From Sphagnum compactum (Eukaryota): 64,000 bases of DNA. Shown one piece after another: positions 38,768 to 53,464 of the stretch. The stretch is from positions 36,880,213 through 36,944,212 of the forward strand of contig OZ234493.1 of NCBI GenBank assembly GCA_965153455.1, read 5' to 3'. Both the position numbers and the translations under genes were made by a program. Under the pieces are notes generated by a model. It was given only the letters and a program-made list of their open reading frames with translations. It did no database searches and was not told where the DNA came from. The stretch's first letter is position 1. Each line of letters begins with the position of its first letter.

Positions 38768-41549
38768 GATAGGGTTTCATCCAGTGGATTGATTTGCTCA
38801 CAGTTCAAACTTAAATATAATTTAGTTTCATTGTTAATAATTAAATGAAAGTCATTTCCTTAAATATAAATGACTTATATGTCTTGTTATATGTTCCTTT
38901 AGTCCTGTTATATATACACCATCACATGTGGATGGATGTATGAAGGAAAGGATGCATATTTGGAAAGAACATAAACCAGTGTAAAGAGAGTAGAAAGAAG
39001 GGAGAAATGTACTCTGGAGCAAGCCCTACCAGGCCCATTCAAATCAGGAACATGGTGAGCCCAGTAGGGCTAGTTGTTGTTGTTCCATTAGGTCATGAGG
39101 GAACCCTAGGGCTTGTTCCAAAGCATAAAATAAATAGCTAATTAATTTATGACTTAAATTTTAATTTATGACTTTGGACAACCTGGTGGATGGGATGAAC
39201 TCCATCTATTGACCACCTCCTTTAACAAGTATGTGATCATTTTATATGAATGTTATTTAAATGCATGTCTCAATAAGCTTATTGTTAAGTAAACATGAGA
39301 ATGTCACCAAGAATTCTCCAAAAATAACATCTTGTATACAAATTGTGTTTAATGAAGGAGGGGAATGAAGGTGGATACCATAGTACCTTTTTTAGGTTAT
39401 TTTCTAATTTGCCAAAAAAATTGGATATTAATAGTTAGTTATGACGAAAGTTAAAAAAATTCATGCAATCAATCAATTTTGATCCTTGAACCTCTCTAAG
39501 TGGCTTACAATAGTAACTTGTTAACCACCTAAGCACAAAAGCACTAAACTTTTCTTCTATAAGCATTCGGTTATAATAATTTTAAAGCAGAATGTCGAAA
39601 TTTTCAAAATTCAAATTTTAACCCCTAAATTAAAAATTGAAAATTAAATTAATTATTCAACATTGAGATGCCGGACTTGAAAAGGTATTGCGATATATGA
39701 TATGTGCAAAAAAATCAAAGTTTGACAAATGTTCCAAAAATGATGGCTTTTCAAAAGAACTTATATTAATATGATGGAAGCCCCTCAACTTGAGTTGTCC
39801 CTATTCACTTTCATGCTAAAATTGTAAGATGACATTATTACTATTCTCAACTTTATAACACATTTGTCAATTGTTTTCAAAAAATATTTCAAACCAAAGG
39901 TTAGTGCTCCCATTAGTGATAATGAAAAACTCAATTCTTTCAATTTTAAACAAAGAACACCATGCCAATCCAACAATGTCAACAATGTTATGGATCCAAA
40001 TATCATGTTCATATTAAAACAAAGACATTAGTAGATTTGAATTCTATATACTATGAAAGGAGTATTCGCCCTACTACCACCAATATATATATAATTGGGT
40101 AGATGGGTACAATGTAAACAATTTCAAGGAAAACTAGGACTACATATGATATAAGTAGTAACACATAAGATTTCATTCATTTTGAACATTTCTAAAGATC
40201 ACATATAATTAATTTGAGTTTCAAACATAAAATAAATTATGAAACCCATCAATATGCAGTTGATTGGTAATTGTATCATTGTGTAAAAGTAAACCAATAA
40301 TTTTATAAACATTGATTTAGAAGCCTTATTTGATATCGGATAATCATTTTTTAAATTAATTTTGAAAATCCATTTTTAAAATGTATAAATGTAAAAAAAA
40401 ATACCTAGCCCAATTATATCTTCAATGGGGAAAAAAATCATAATTTAAAAATATTACAATCATCATCTTCATTATAATATGATGTACTAACAAATGTTTT
40501 AAAAACATTTGATATGGATTTCACAACTTGAAAAGAAGTTGAAATTTTTTGTGAAAAATATTTTTTTCATCATTGGTTTTTACATGTGAAACATTTCATG
40601 GATAGACCACCATTAAATTTAGTCCTTTGTAATCTTTTTTTATAATTGTAGCATTGTGACAAGGCTATTGCAAAGTGAAAATTTATTCCAATTAATATTT
40701 CATTTTTTCATATTTGCTCTAATTTCATGATACAATGATATATTGGGATGTAAACCACCATTAATTGAAAATGTTAATTACAAAATGTTTTCCAAACATC
40801 CACCATGATATATCAAAGTTCCATAAGTATTGAAAACTATCAATAACATGCATTCATCAATTGACCCATTGAGAATGGGTTAGTGCTCCAATTAGTGACA
40901 AAAAAAAACTCAAATATTTGAGTTTCAAAGAAAGGCCACCATGCCAATCCAATAATGGCTACATTGTTTACAAATCTAAAAATATTCTTAGTAGCTTCAA
41001 ATTTTATATACCATTTCTCCTATTGGCCACAAAGTGCAACATAGTAGATTATTGATTTTAAAAAGCATGAACGAAAGGTCCAAAAAATTTAGTTTCAATA
41101 ACAAATGCAACTATCAAAATTTCACACAAGGGACACCGATGCCAACAATGAATAAGAATCAATAGAATATTAATTATGAATATTAAAAAATCATGAATAA
41201 TTTCTTTTATAACTAAATTGCATAAATAACACAACACATGAAAGGCCAAAAATGCACCTGAAACATAACAACAAAAGTGAAATAAATTAAATGATAAGAA
41301 AAACATTGAGAAATATTTCAATATTTCAAATTAACCAATATCTTATCAATGTCACCAACATACTTCACAAATTGTTTGGTGCATAATAGCTTAAATACTC
41401 ACTTTAGTTCAAGAAGCATAATTACTAATAATAGTAATTGGACTTTTGTTTGTTTTATTTTCTGAGCAAGAAAAAAAAATTGAAATATCAAACTACCATT
41501 TTGGATCAATTAAATTACATTTCCACTTGCCATTCCAACAATCTTCGTA

Positions 41550-43620
41550 CAAATGTTGTTCACTCAAATTTGACCTTTTATTTACTAAAACCCACCACTA
41601 AACCTTCACGATTTTGAAATTTTCATTTTGTTCATCCTTGGCAACATCACTTTGTGTTCTTCCCATTTGCACAAGAATGAAAATAGGATCATGTGGCCTC
41701 ATGAAAACAAAATTTCCATTTTTGAGATTTTTAGGTGAGGTGTGTGTTGGAGCATGTTTCAAGTTTTTTAGGCCCATAATAAGGACACATGATTAAGACT
41801 TCTAAATCAACAACCTTCAATGTGGCTGACACCAAAGCCTTAACATAATTAGATCTCCAATTGCTTGAAGGCTAAAAGCCCTTTAGAAGAGTGGAACTTT
41901 AAAGAAACAACAATTTTGACAAATGTAATAAAATATTTTCCCAATATTCCACATATGGATTCATCTTCATTTTGTAAGTTGCATTTTGTTCAATGCTTTG
42001 CTTCCAAAATTCTATGTATTTGGATAGTTCAACATTGATGAACTTTTCCTTTTGCACATACCTCAATGCATCATGGCCCAAAATTGGGCAATATGGAACG
42101 AGGCTTAGGATTCTAATAGGCAACTTTGGTGATCCATTGGGATTAATTTTCCAAAATTTGATTGGAGGCCCATCCATGGGACTATAAACATTTTATGGGG
42201 GTGAAATTTTGTATAACATCACATGCCAATTGGATGAATCAACAAAAAATCTAAAAATATGCATATTAGCATCCCCTACTAAAGTTTCAAGGCCATCTTT
42301 TAAACATGAGGACCTAGGTTTTAAAATATGGAATCTCTTGAATCAAGTTGTGGAATGAAAGGTCACTCGTGTGAAACCATGAAAGCCTTCATCAAATCTA
42401 CCAAAATGTAGTTGTTCTGTTTTCTCAAAATTTTGGATAAATACCCAAAACATCTATCAATATCCTCATGTGTATGATCAACTATAAGGAATCCCAATTT
42501 AACTTCCTCAAACACTTCCTTTGTGCTCAAAAATGACAAAAATGTTAACAATAACTATTTTTATTATCCTTCACACAATTATTCATTTGAAGCAATAATT
42601 TTTTTGACATAGGTTTGGGACCAATAGTTTGACTTGGTGTTTTTAATTCATAGATGCAACATGATTTTCCTTGCAAGAGACATTCACAAATGTGTTTTTG
42701 TAGAAGGTGCTCAAACAAGATCTTTGACTCACAAACTAGAGTTTTTTCCAAATTCAAAATAGCTGCAACAATGACCCAAGTGTAGAATTGGGATCATTAG
42801 GCCATAATTCATTCACATATTGTGCATTTCTTTCATTACCATGACCATGTGCTATCATATTGATAAGGGAAATGGGCAATTTTTCAAGCCCAAAAATCAT
42901 TTTGTTCGCCACTTGGAACCTTGGGAGTATAGTTTTCACATGATCCATTTTGTCATGGATAAGGCATAGGAACTCATCCTTAAAGCACATAGACTTCAAC
43001 CTCCAAGTATGGTTTGAAGCTTTTGCATGACTCTTGATGCAAGATGTGTTTTCTCAACTTTAGTTCATATTATTTCACATTAATGTTATTCTTTCCCAAT
43101 TTTGATATCAAATCCTTGAGGGATTCACACATAGTACATTTTGTAAAAATTGACCTTCTCTTTTATACATCTACATTAAGATGGTGCCTATTCTTCAACA
43201 TGTTCATTGCAAATTGAGAATACTTGCAATGTTTAACTCGCTTATTTATAAAAACATAGTGAAGAAAATAAAAACAATAAACCTCATACTAAATAACACA
43301 TTACAATACTTTACACATGAAAATATTTCACATTGATGATTAAACCAATAAACCAAGATACCTACACTAATTTTGAAAAGAAATTTAATTCACACAATAT
43401 TAACATACTGCAAATAAATAAATAAATAAAATCTTATTTCATCACTTTGTTTTTAAAGATTTTCTAGGTATCAAATAACAAACGCTAGACATCATGTTTA
43501 CCATTTTTTATACTTTTCATTTGATGTGGCATTGTGTTACCACACATGTCAATCAAGGATTGAACATTTGACTCTATATGCTTCATTGGAGTTTGTAGTT
43601 TATGTTAACCCTTGTCTCCA
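41550..43620 (-). mobile_element. Decayed DNA-transposon ORF of the DUF7869-like type
   Basis: Fragments IHDKMDH, WPNDPN, LLLQMNNCVKDNKN and FLIVDHTHEDIDRCFGYLS match the QxDNCxKDNKN...GHTHEDID signature. Many stops. Confidence 0.75.
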
Positions 43621-43929
43621 TGTAATAAGAATCTATAACCTTGTTTGCAATACTTTGTATAACATATGTGTCAATCTTGACTATGTGATCTACACAATAT
43701 GAAATTAACCTCTCTGATGTGATTTTTACAACCATCACCAATAATGATTTGTTCATTGAGCCTATTGACCACCAAGTTCAATTTGTAATTTTGAAATTAA
43801 TTTGAACTATCTAAAATTTTTAAAATTTTATTTTCATATTTTTTAAAGTTAGGAAATAATTAAATACATGTTACTTTAAAAATGTCCCACAAAAATGTCA
43901 TTTTCAATACATTTCAAGTCTTTTAAACT

Positions 43930-44950
43930 ATGAAAAACACTGGTTATGTTATTTTAGAAGTGTTTTTGGGTACTTTATACTTGATAACTATCAGCTATTA
44001 TAAAAAATTCTTGCCTTATCAATCAAGTTGTATGTGCAACTTTCCAAGGAAAAGTTGGGGTTGCAAGCAAAGGTTGATGTTGCTAAGTACATGGACATGC
44101 ACATTAAGGTGAAACAAGTTGGTGCCAACATGCGAGAGCAAATAACTATTGTTTTCAAACCCTTCTTTGATTTCATGGATTGCTTTAAGTTTTTAAAGTT
44201 CATAGTATGGTTTTAAGCCCTAGTTTAAGGATTTGAGTTTGGTAGGAGATTATGTTGGCCAAGTTTTTACAAATGAAATTGTTATTACATATAATGGCCA
44301 ATCTCTTTTCGTAAGTTTCAAGACTTTTCATTAGAAGTTGCATGGCCAACCCAATGCCCTTTCTATTTTATGTAGGAAATTATGCACAATACGAATGTTG
44401 TTTTAAAGTAGGGGTGTTGGAGGATGAAACTTATTTTGAATAAGTAAATGTTCTTTTTGTCGCATCTTTAAAAGACAATATTATGAGTTTAAATTGTTTT
44501 CTTGTTTACACACCTCAAGCTAACTTATTTGGGGATTATGTGTGTAAGTGCAATTTCAAAGGGAATTGTTATGCTTTCATATGTTTGATGTGCCATTGGA
44601 AGAAGGAAAAGACTATCTTCTTTGGTGGTCAAAGCATGAAAGACAATTTCAAACAATTGCCTCCTTAGCAAAAACAGCACATTGATCTTTTTTTTGGGTA
44701 GTCACATTGAGATTAAGAGGGTGTTTTCTATTACAAGGATCTTCACAAATCTTAATCAATGTTGCTTTGGTGCAAAAACCTAGCATATTTTAGTTATTTT
44801 AATTAAGAACTAGCATGATGATCCCATTGAATGGTGAAGATAAGGGAGGACTTGAAGATGTGGATGGGTTTGGTGAGGCTGAAAAAGATATTTTAAATGT
44901 TATATATTGCATGTTGAATTTCTTGATAAGCTTGAGGATCATGTAAAGGA
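43930..44950 (+). mobile_element. Decayed hAT transposase 3' end (dimerization domain)
   Basis: At ~44615-44780 reads LSLWWSKHERQFQTIASLAK...SHIEIKRVFSITRIFTNL, resembling the hAT-C pattern WW..HE..FP..LA...SQIETERIFS. Confidence 0.65.
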
Positions 44951-46067
44951 TTGTGTGCAAAATTGGGACAATATCCATAATTTTGGTAATGTTTTGCACA
45001 TGAGGCACAAACTAAAGAGGTACTTGAACTCCTACGCCTCCATTGTTGCTTTGTAAATGTGTTAATTCAATGTTCACAATGTTGTACATTAGTTCAATGC
45101 ATGTGTGATGTTGATAGAGTTAACAAATAGGAGATCAAGTTTAAAGTACAAACATCTTTATTGCAAAATAACTAAAAACATTAAAAAAAAAATGTTCACA
45201 ACATGGAGCATAAGATCAAAAACTCATAAAGGTTTTTATCACACTTAAGAACACAAGTTTGCAATGAGAAAAAAAAAAGTCAAAACATCAACACCAAAAA
45301 ACTTAATCAAGAAACCAAACCAAAAAAAAAAAGAAAAAAAAAGGTAAAAATAATACTAACCCAAAAAAAACCTAATTATTTTTATTCTCTTAATCTAATA
45401 ATTAATGAAAATGTAACTAGTTGAGCTTAATTTCTTAACAAGTGAAACCTTTCATATGAATGAAACCAAAGGTTGCATGTTTTGAGATTTTAAAAATCAT
45501 TTTATATTTTACACAATTTTTCACAATGTGTAAAACAATATACTCCTAAAATCATTTACACCTTTTGACAATTACACTTACATAGTTCACCTTATACATT
45601 TACAGCTACATGGAGTGTAAATCTTAAACGAAATACATGCACAACATTGCTTTAAAATGATCAAAAGAATAATAAATAGTTAAAAAGGCTATTTTATTTG
45701 GTTATGTTTTGATTTGAAAACTCCCAATATGCCAAAAGCAAATAGGAACTTATAAAGTGAGGCTGGGAGGAAGAGCAGGGAGCTGCTAATTCAACTTTCT
45801 TAAGGTGTAGGATCATTATTTAAACACATAACATATAATGCTCACTACTAAACAACACCAAAATTTGAAATATTCTTAACCCTTTTCACGTTCCCCCATT
45901 TGGGAATTGCTCAAATAATTGTGTCGAAGGTGTGCCATGAATGTGCAGTCATGGGGTAAATAAAAAATTGGTGAATTCAAAGTACACTACCTAATTAGTT
46001 GGAGGTCACAATTTTTCACCTAGTTGCGAAATTTGCACATTCTGAAAATTGGGTTTGTTGTTCAAGC

Positions 46068-47637
46068 TGGCCGAAGAATGGCTTACAAAGGCACAAATTG
46101 AGTTGAAGCATACTCTTACACTAGTGGGCTCCCGTGCCTGCAAGGCACGACGCGGCACTGGGAAAAACTGGGAGTCCAAAGGAGACCCCAAAGAACCCCA
46201 TACTCATCCATCCAGAACTCCTAATTGGACGGAACTTACGAATACATAAATATTTCATCCACATAATCAATCCATCGAAAACTCTAAGTGGACAAAACTA
46301 CAAAATCTTTAATATTTCATCCACAAATCATTCCTCCTAATTGGACGGAACTACAAATACATGATATCTCATCCTCATAACCACCCATCCAGAACTCTGA
46401 GCTCATTGCACGGAACTAAAAACGTATAATATTTCATCCACATAATCACAGAACTGCCGGGTTTTCGTGCACAGAACTGCCGGGTTTCACGAAAACCCGG
46501 AAAAGAGGAGCCAGGCAGGTTTCAGGACCTCGACCAGACGGACGGACAGGCGGGTCCCGATCTGGGTTTCAGGACCTCGACGGACGGACAGTTGGGATCT
46601 GGGTTTCAGGACCTCCACTGTCAGGACCTGGACGCACGCACGCACGGACGGACAAGGCACTTTATATATAAGATTGGCAGTTGTGAAAGAGCTGCTCACA
46701 GAAGTTGAACAGTTTTTGTGGGCAAGCCATGAGATGGACCCAGTGTGTTCCTTCTCCTGAGCAGCACAATTTGTTGTTAGTCCACCATTGTCACATGCAC
46801 CTTTGTTTGTTGTGCAATACACCTAAGATGGCAGTCCATGCAGGTGCAAAGATTGTTGGAGAGAACTTTGGCTGCTGTTTGTAATTAGGGTGAAGAAGTG
46901 GGACAATGTTGGGCCACTGTCAATAGCTGGCTGCAAGCCAAGGATAATAGACCATCAGTCAAAGTGCCATTCTCTAGGGTTCAACAGCTGGTAACTGTTG
47001 ATCCTGTGCCATCTTGCATTGTTGAAGGTTAGTGGGCAATTTTTGACATCTTTAAGCTCATGTTATTTTCAAATACTGTAAATCTTTCAGACATCAATGT
47101 TGCATCTAATGGTTTGCTAGTGAAATGATCCTGTCTTAAGAGACTTGTTTGTATTGAATAGGATTTTTTGGAAATGCACAGTCCATGCAACAGCAAATTA
47201 TCAACTTTTTGTCAATTCAACCCCCTCCCCAGGTATTTCAGCATTAATTGCACATTGTTTTCTCTGTTAAGTCCTTTTTTGGAAGTCTTTCTTTGACCTT
47301 GTTCTAGCTTTCTTAATCGTGAGAATGGACATTTCTCAATTCTCATGAGAGATATTGTTTCTCTGTATGTCCAAAGCGAAAGGGCAAAGATTGTTGCAGA
47401 GAAAAAAGATAAGTGTTTACAAAGAAGCTAGTAAGGCATAGATCGAAGGATCACCTGGATTTAGTTGTCTAGTAATTTGTCAATTCAGGTCACAATTGCA
47501 AAAAGTTCAGTAATGCTAAGGGATGGTTCTGATGTTTTCGGAAGGAGAATGTAGAGGCACTGTTGAAGGAGGCCAATAACTTTCTTTTGGAGTTTGAAGA
47601 GCTGCCATGTCTACAGCAGCTAGCGTCTCTTGGAAAG
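46068..47637 (+). pseudogene. KDM5/JMJ17-like histone demethylase fragment (PLU-1 region exons), disrupted
   Basis: Removing the Helitron gives LAEEWLTKAQIELKHTLT|LAVVKELLTEVEQFLWASHEMDPV (cf. EAEQFLWAGSEMD). Later pieces read KVPFSRVQQLVTVDPVP and VEALLKEANNFLLEFEELPCLQQ|gt. Stops present. Confidence 0.7.
46121..46673 (-). mobile_element. Small non-autonomous Helitron inserted in an exon
   Basis: Minus strand A|TCTTATATATAAAG ... hairpin CGTGCC-ttgca-GGCACG ... CTAG|T, with no TSD. Excision restores the reading frame. Confidence 0.92.
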
Positions 47638-47787
47638 GTGCCTGGCATCCTCATATTCTTGTTTGTGCAGGTTTTTGTCCACACTTTATTTCCTATTCTA
47701 AAGATGTTGAACTTTGGCACGACCATTCTTGTCAATATATATGAACAACAGGACATGTGGGCCTCGTCCCATGCATTAGGCTGTTGC

Positions 47788-48550
47788 AAATAAACTGCAC
47801 CACTTATGATTCTTTTGTACACATGGGTTGTCACATTTTATCAACAGTTCCATTAGATTCCATATCTTGAGCCACTTCATCTGCGTTACTGGATGGAGAG
47901 CCAAACAAACTGCACAATATTGTAGGATTCTTCTGGACATACAGGCTCTCACATTTTGTCAACGATTTGCTTACTTTCCAGATTATGAGCCACTCCATCT
48001 GCCTTACTGGATGGAAAGCCAAATACACTGCACCACTTATGATTCTTTTGTACACATGGGTTGTCACATTTTGTCAACGATTTGCTTACTTTCCAGATTA
48101 TGAGCCACTCCATCTGCCTTACTGGATGGAAAGCTAAATACACTGCACCACTTATGATTCTTTTGTACACATGGGTTGTCACATTTTGTCAACGATTTGC
48201 TTACTTTCCAGATTATGAGCCACTCCATCTGCCTTACTGGATGGAAAGCCAAATAAACTGCACCACTTATTATTCTTTCCTACACATGGGTTGTCACATT
48301 TTGTCAACAGTTCCATTAGATTCCATATCTTGAGCCACTCCATCTGCCTTACGGGATGGAAAGCCAAATAAACTGCACCACTTATGATTCTTTTGTACAC
48401 ATGGGTTGTCACATTTTGTCAACAGTTCCATTAGATTCCATATCTTGAGCCACTTCATCTGCCTTACTGGATGGAGAGCCAAATAAACTGCACTGTGTAT
48501 GATTCATCTAGACACATAGGCTGTCACATTTTGTCAACAATTCCATTAGT
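47788..48550. repeat. 115-bp tandem array, ~6.6 copies, plus a degenerate copy at ~48800-48885
   Basis: Unit starts at 47788, 47903, 48021, 48136, 48251, 48366 and 48481. Confidence 0.95.
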
Positions 48551-50019
48551 GTAGGATAAGGCCCTAGGTCGAAGGCATTACCAGATGAAGGGCCTGCACG
48601 AGATGGAAGCTGAGTGAATAATGCCCTTGGTTGAGGGCCTGAAGAAACGTAATGCACACGCTGAAAACTAGGTTTATGCTCTTGAAAATGCAAGGCACTG
48701 ACATATAGTGGACGTCAGATTCCACTTTAGAAGGTGCTCTCCACCTACACTCTCAAATTTTCGGCAGTGCATTTTGTTTCTAGATCATGAACCACCACTA
48801 GCTGCCTTTCTGGATGAAGTGCCAAATAAACCCCACCACATATGACTCTTCTGCACACACAAGTCGTCACATTTTGTCAATGATTCCCTTGGTTTCACAT
48901 CTGGTAGGCCATTGCCTATGCTACATGATTTGCTATGACTGAGCCAAAAGAAAGTAGGGGGCTGATGGTGGCTCCAAAGGGCACATAGAACATCTGTTGA
49001 GGATGCACACAAACCCCTTCATTGGCCTTAATGGAGGGAGAGCCTGGTAATCTGTACCATCTATGATTCCTATGGACAGAAGGATTCCCACGATTTGTGA
49101 ATGATCATCAGATTTCCATTTGGAAGCTAGGCCATTGGCTACGCTAAATAAAATGATAGTAATGGACTAAAACGAAGTCAGGGCTGCAATGCCGATGTGA
49201 TACACACAGGAACTCAGATGGGGATAATGTGCGGTAAGTAATGCCCTAGGAGCTGCCTTGTGCCAACCCTTCATTATGGAACACCCTGCTCTGGGTCAGG
49301 GTTCTTCTTTTCAATTTTTGATGTAGCTGAAGGACATCATCCATGAGATGATTTAAACAGATTTGGTTACATACTAGATATGAAAGTGATAAAACCAGAA
49401 TCGTTCTGTATTCTTGGCTACCTACTGGAAGTTATCATAAAAATTTGGAAAATTTGGGTCATTTTTTTCATGAAATATCCTTTTGCATAGGTCAAAATCA
49501 TATTTTTCAGGTTGACATTTGGCAAAATTTTGCCCAAAAAAAACACTACTGTTAGGGCATTGTTTGACATAATGTTGTCCTTGCTTTTCTTGTTTTGTTC
49601 ATGCTAGGAAAGTTTTTTTTTATTTTAAACTTTTCACTTTCTAAAATGTTCCAACATATTAGAGATATTCACATAGTTAAGAACACATTAGAGATATTTG
49701 CAAAGTTAGTAAAACCCAGAGCAAAATCTCAGGTTAAACTTAGGATAACAATCAAAATGCAAGATGAGATTGTGCCAAAGGAAAATAACAAAGGAAAAAA
49801 CTCAATTTTCTTCCTCAACCCAAAATAACTAGAGTTTGTTTCTATCTCTTTTGTTTTGCATGTGTCTACTTATGTGCCTACTTAGGTTATGGGATATTTA
49901 AAGGCTACTTAGGAGATTACACAAAATTTACTTTAAGGATTAGTTAGGGATTTTCTAAGTTAGAGAATATATTTCAAGTTTATTCAAAAGGATACCTAAG
50001 AGTGATTCATAACAAAAAA

Positions 50020-50400
50020 GAAAGCTATATAAGTTTACCTAGGGGGTTATCTAAGGTAAGGGCTATCAAAAACTTACATAAAAGATCTACCTTGAAGGTT
50101 ACCTAGGGGCCTACCTAAGGGTTTATCCATTGTAAGGGCTATCAAAAACTTACATAAAGGGTTACATAAGGTTTATCTTGAAGGTTACCAAAGGAAACAT
50201 TTAAGGAGTTATCTATTGTAAGGGTTATCAAAACTTACATAAAAGGTTACATAAGGTCTACTTTGCAAGTTACCGAGGGAAACACCTAAGGGTCTACCTA
50301 GGGGGTTATCTACAGTAAAGGCTATCAATACTTACATAAAGGGTTACATAAGGTCTACCTAGAGGGCTACCTAAGGAAACACCCTCTAGGTAAACCTTGG
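50020..50400. repeat. Degenerate ~85-100-bp tandem repeat built from ggttacataagg/tacctaggg motifs
   Basis: gtaagggctatcaaaaacttacataaa and variants recur four times. Confidence 0.7.
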
Positions 50401-51499
50401 AAGCAAGTTAAAAGGATTTTGGCGTTTTACCTTTGTTAATCTCTTATCAGTTTTTGAAGATACCAGCTGCTATTGGTATTGGGCACTTTTTGAAAACTTT
50501 CATAGCAGTCTGATAAGGTAATATGTCCAAGACTGGTCGTCGAACTTCAATAACCCAGTGATGCAGATTAGTCATCCAGCTCTAGTCTGGCACCTCCAAA
50601 TCACATGAGATTATGAAGATCATGACGGATGTCTTTCTCTTGGAATTTCCTTCTGGCTTTGGTGCTTGTCCTTGATCAATGTAGATTCCTAAAACTTTTA
50701 GATTTTGTAGATCATTCTTGAAACTTTTGTACCACTTGCTAGTATTCATCTGTCCACAACTCACCTTTAAAGTTTACACGAAAAGTGTATAGTTCAACAT
50801 TCAAAGAAAAAACATATTCATTCTTTCAAATGATTTTAATATTGTAGAATAGAGGTTCCACTCATCTTCTTTAGAAACAAAGAATTTCAATGTTCTTGCA
50901 CCATGATTTAAAGAAGTCACAGAAGAATGAAACTTTCAAAATAGAAGAAAAATCCTTAAAAAAATAACACATTAAGATTTAAAGAAAAATCTAATGAAAA
51001 ATGATCCATCAAGATTTTTAAAATAATCCAGTGAAAAATGAAAAGCCCACTAGGAAAATGAAAAATCCTCTAAATAATTTCCTTGAATTTGGAGCTAGAA
51101 AAGAATCCATGCACTAAAGATTTTAATTTGTTGATTGTAGTTTTACTACTAAATGTCTGATGCAAATGTTTTTTTTTTTTGCCTTCTTTTTCTTCCCAAT
51201 CCTATAATTAAAAACTCCAAACACTCGCAAAATAAATTCACAACATTTCGAATGAACGCTTTTTTACAGAAGGGATTTTTAGCATGGATCCATGAAATTT
51301 ACCCATGAAAAGAATGATCACTATAGAATTTTATTAAAAAAACTCAAAAACTAATTACATTTTCACCACAAAAAAAGCACCAAACTAGAGGAAAAAAGAC
51401 CCAAAAAAAAAAAATCATGCAAAAGTTCTTTTTACACAAAATTATATGTTTGATGCAAAAGAAATCAAACATTGCGCAAAAAAATGTTAATTTTTTTAA

Positions 51500-52400
51500 A
51501 TTGAACAATAAGACAACATTATATTCTTCAATATAATCATTTAGAATTTGATATTAATTATGGTAATACTTTTAGCATGAATTATGATCATTTTCAAAAA
51601 TATGTATAGTTAAAATGTGAAATTGATGAGGTTATGAGAATGCTTGTCATCTTAAAAACATTTGACATATTAAATCCAAACACATGAAAAAAATATTTTT
51701 GATGGAAATATTCAAATATATATATATATATATATATATATACATGTTGGTTTTTTTTTTAATTGAATAACTATACCAAAATATAAAGTCATTAAATTGA
51801 ACATTTATATTTTTAATGCATTTGTAGTTAAAATTTTAACTACAAATTTAACATTTAGAGATAAAGTTCATAAATCAAAAATATATATTACAACATTGAA
51901 TGACAAGGAATAAATGTAAGAAATAAACATTATATACTTTAACATAATACATTAAAAATTGATTTAAATTATATGAATACTTTTGGGATGAAATTTGAAT
52001 ATTTTAGACATGTATAATAAAGATGCGAAATTGATAATGATAAGAAAATATTTGTCATTTTAAAAACAATTACTTATTAATTCCAAGAATGTGTAGCATT
52101 AAAATGAAAATATATCACAATTTAAACTAATTAGATTTCAAAGTTTCATAAGTCAAAAAATATATACCAAAATATTGAATGACAAAGAATGAATGCAAGA
52201 AAGAGACATTATATACCTTAATTTAATAAATTAAAAATTGATGTAGATTATATGTATATTTGTGGGATGAATTTTGATTATTTTAGACATGTATAGTAAA
52301 ATGTGAAATTGATAACAACAATAAAAAAATTCATTTAAAATTTATTTTACATATCAAAATCCAAAAATTTGTAGAATTAAATTGTAAATATATCAAATAA
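51500..52400. repeat. Three diverged AT-rich repeat units, probably Helitron body
   Basis: acattatat...atgtatag/ataa..atg(t/c)gaaattgat recurs near 51515, 51925 and 52205. Confidence 0.55.
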
Positions 52401-53464
52401 TAATAATAATTAAATAATTCAAATTTCAAAATACATATATTACATAATTCAAATTGATAAAAAGAAAGAATTTACATGTATGAACCCCAATATGCATCAT
52501 CAATATACGCCTTCAAATATATTAAAATACTATTAATAATTTTTTCAAATAATTAAAGCATTATCAATAATTTGTTCGAAGAATAATTATTTTATAATGT
52601 TCTTTATTGAATTGCGTGAACACAAATTTCACATATGTACTTGGAATTTGCATTGTACATTTTATGGCATCATCATTTTCAATATAACACAATTTATTCT
52701 TTAGGGCTTACATATGTTCTCAAATTGTTGCACATGTATTTGAACTCTGAACATAAAATCAATAGAAGTAAAAATATAAGCATAAAATAGAAAATGAAAA
52801 AATCAATTGATAAAACATCATAAGGTTTATATATATTTCTTTTAAAATTAAATGTGCAAGTTTGAAAACATTAGAATGTAACATTGAAACTAATATGCAC
52901 TATCTACAATTCATAGGATTGGTATCACCAATCTCCTTTCCACTCAATGTGCAAATTGGGTGCATTTTTTATGGGTTCAAATCCCAAGTTGAGTTCTATT
53001 CTTTTGACAATTTTAAAATACATTTTCTTGCAAACATACCAAATGCATGTATCGTATATATATTTTTATAAATGTGCACAAATATTGTAAGTCATTGTTT
53101 AAGGTTAAGTCTATGACTTCAATATTTGAAAATTATAATAAATTACATTAAAGTATAAATATCAATTACAATCTATAATTGGGTACAAATGTGTGCATAT
53201 TGACATTTATCACTAAAGAAATAGTTATCCAATTCAAAGTCTTCTGCATTTGTATGTTATGAAACATCAAAATGCAAACATATCAACCAAAACACTACAA
53301 GACAATCAAAATTATTACCAAATGACATACATGTTATTTTTAAATGAAAATATTAGAATTTTCTTAATTACAACAAATTTTTTTTATAGATTCTACAAAA
53401 TATCTTGCATCTTTACTAAATTATATATTTAATTATTCTTTAGAACTATGCATATTCATTATTT

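Noticed and set aside
47788-48550. CRISPR-like array
   Set aside because: The variable segments are only two recurring types rather than unique spacers, the whole 115-bp unit repeats, the context is eukaryotic and no cas genes are present.
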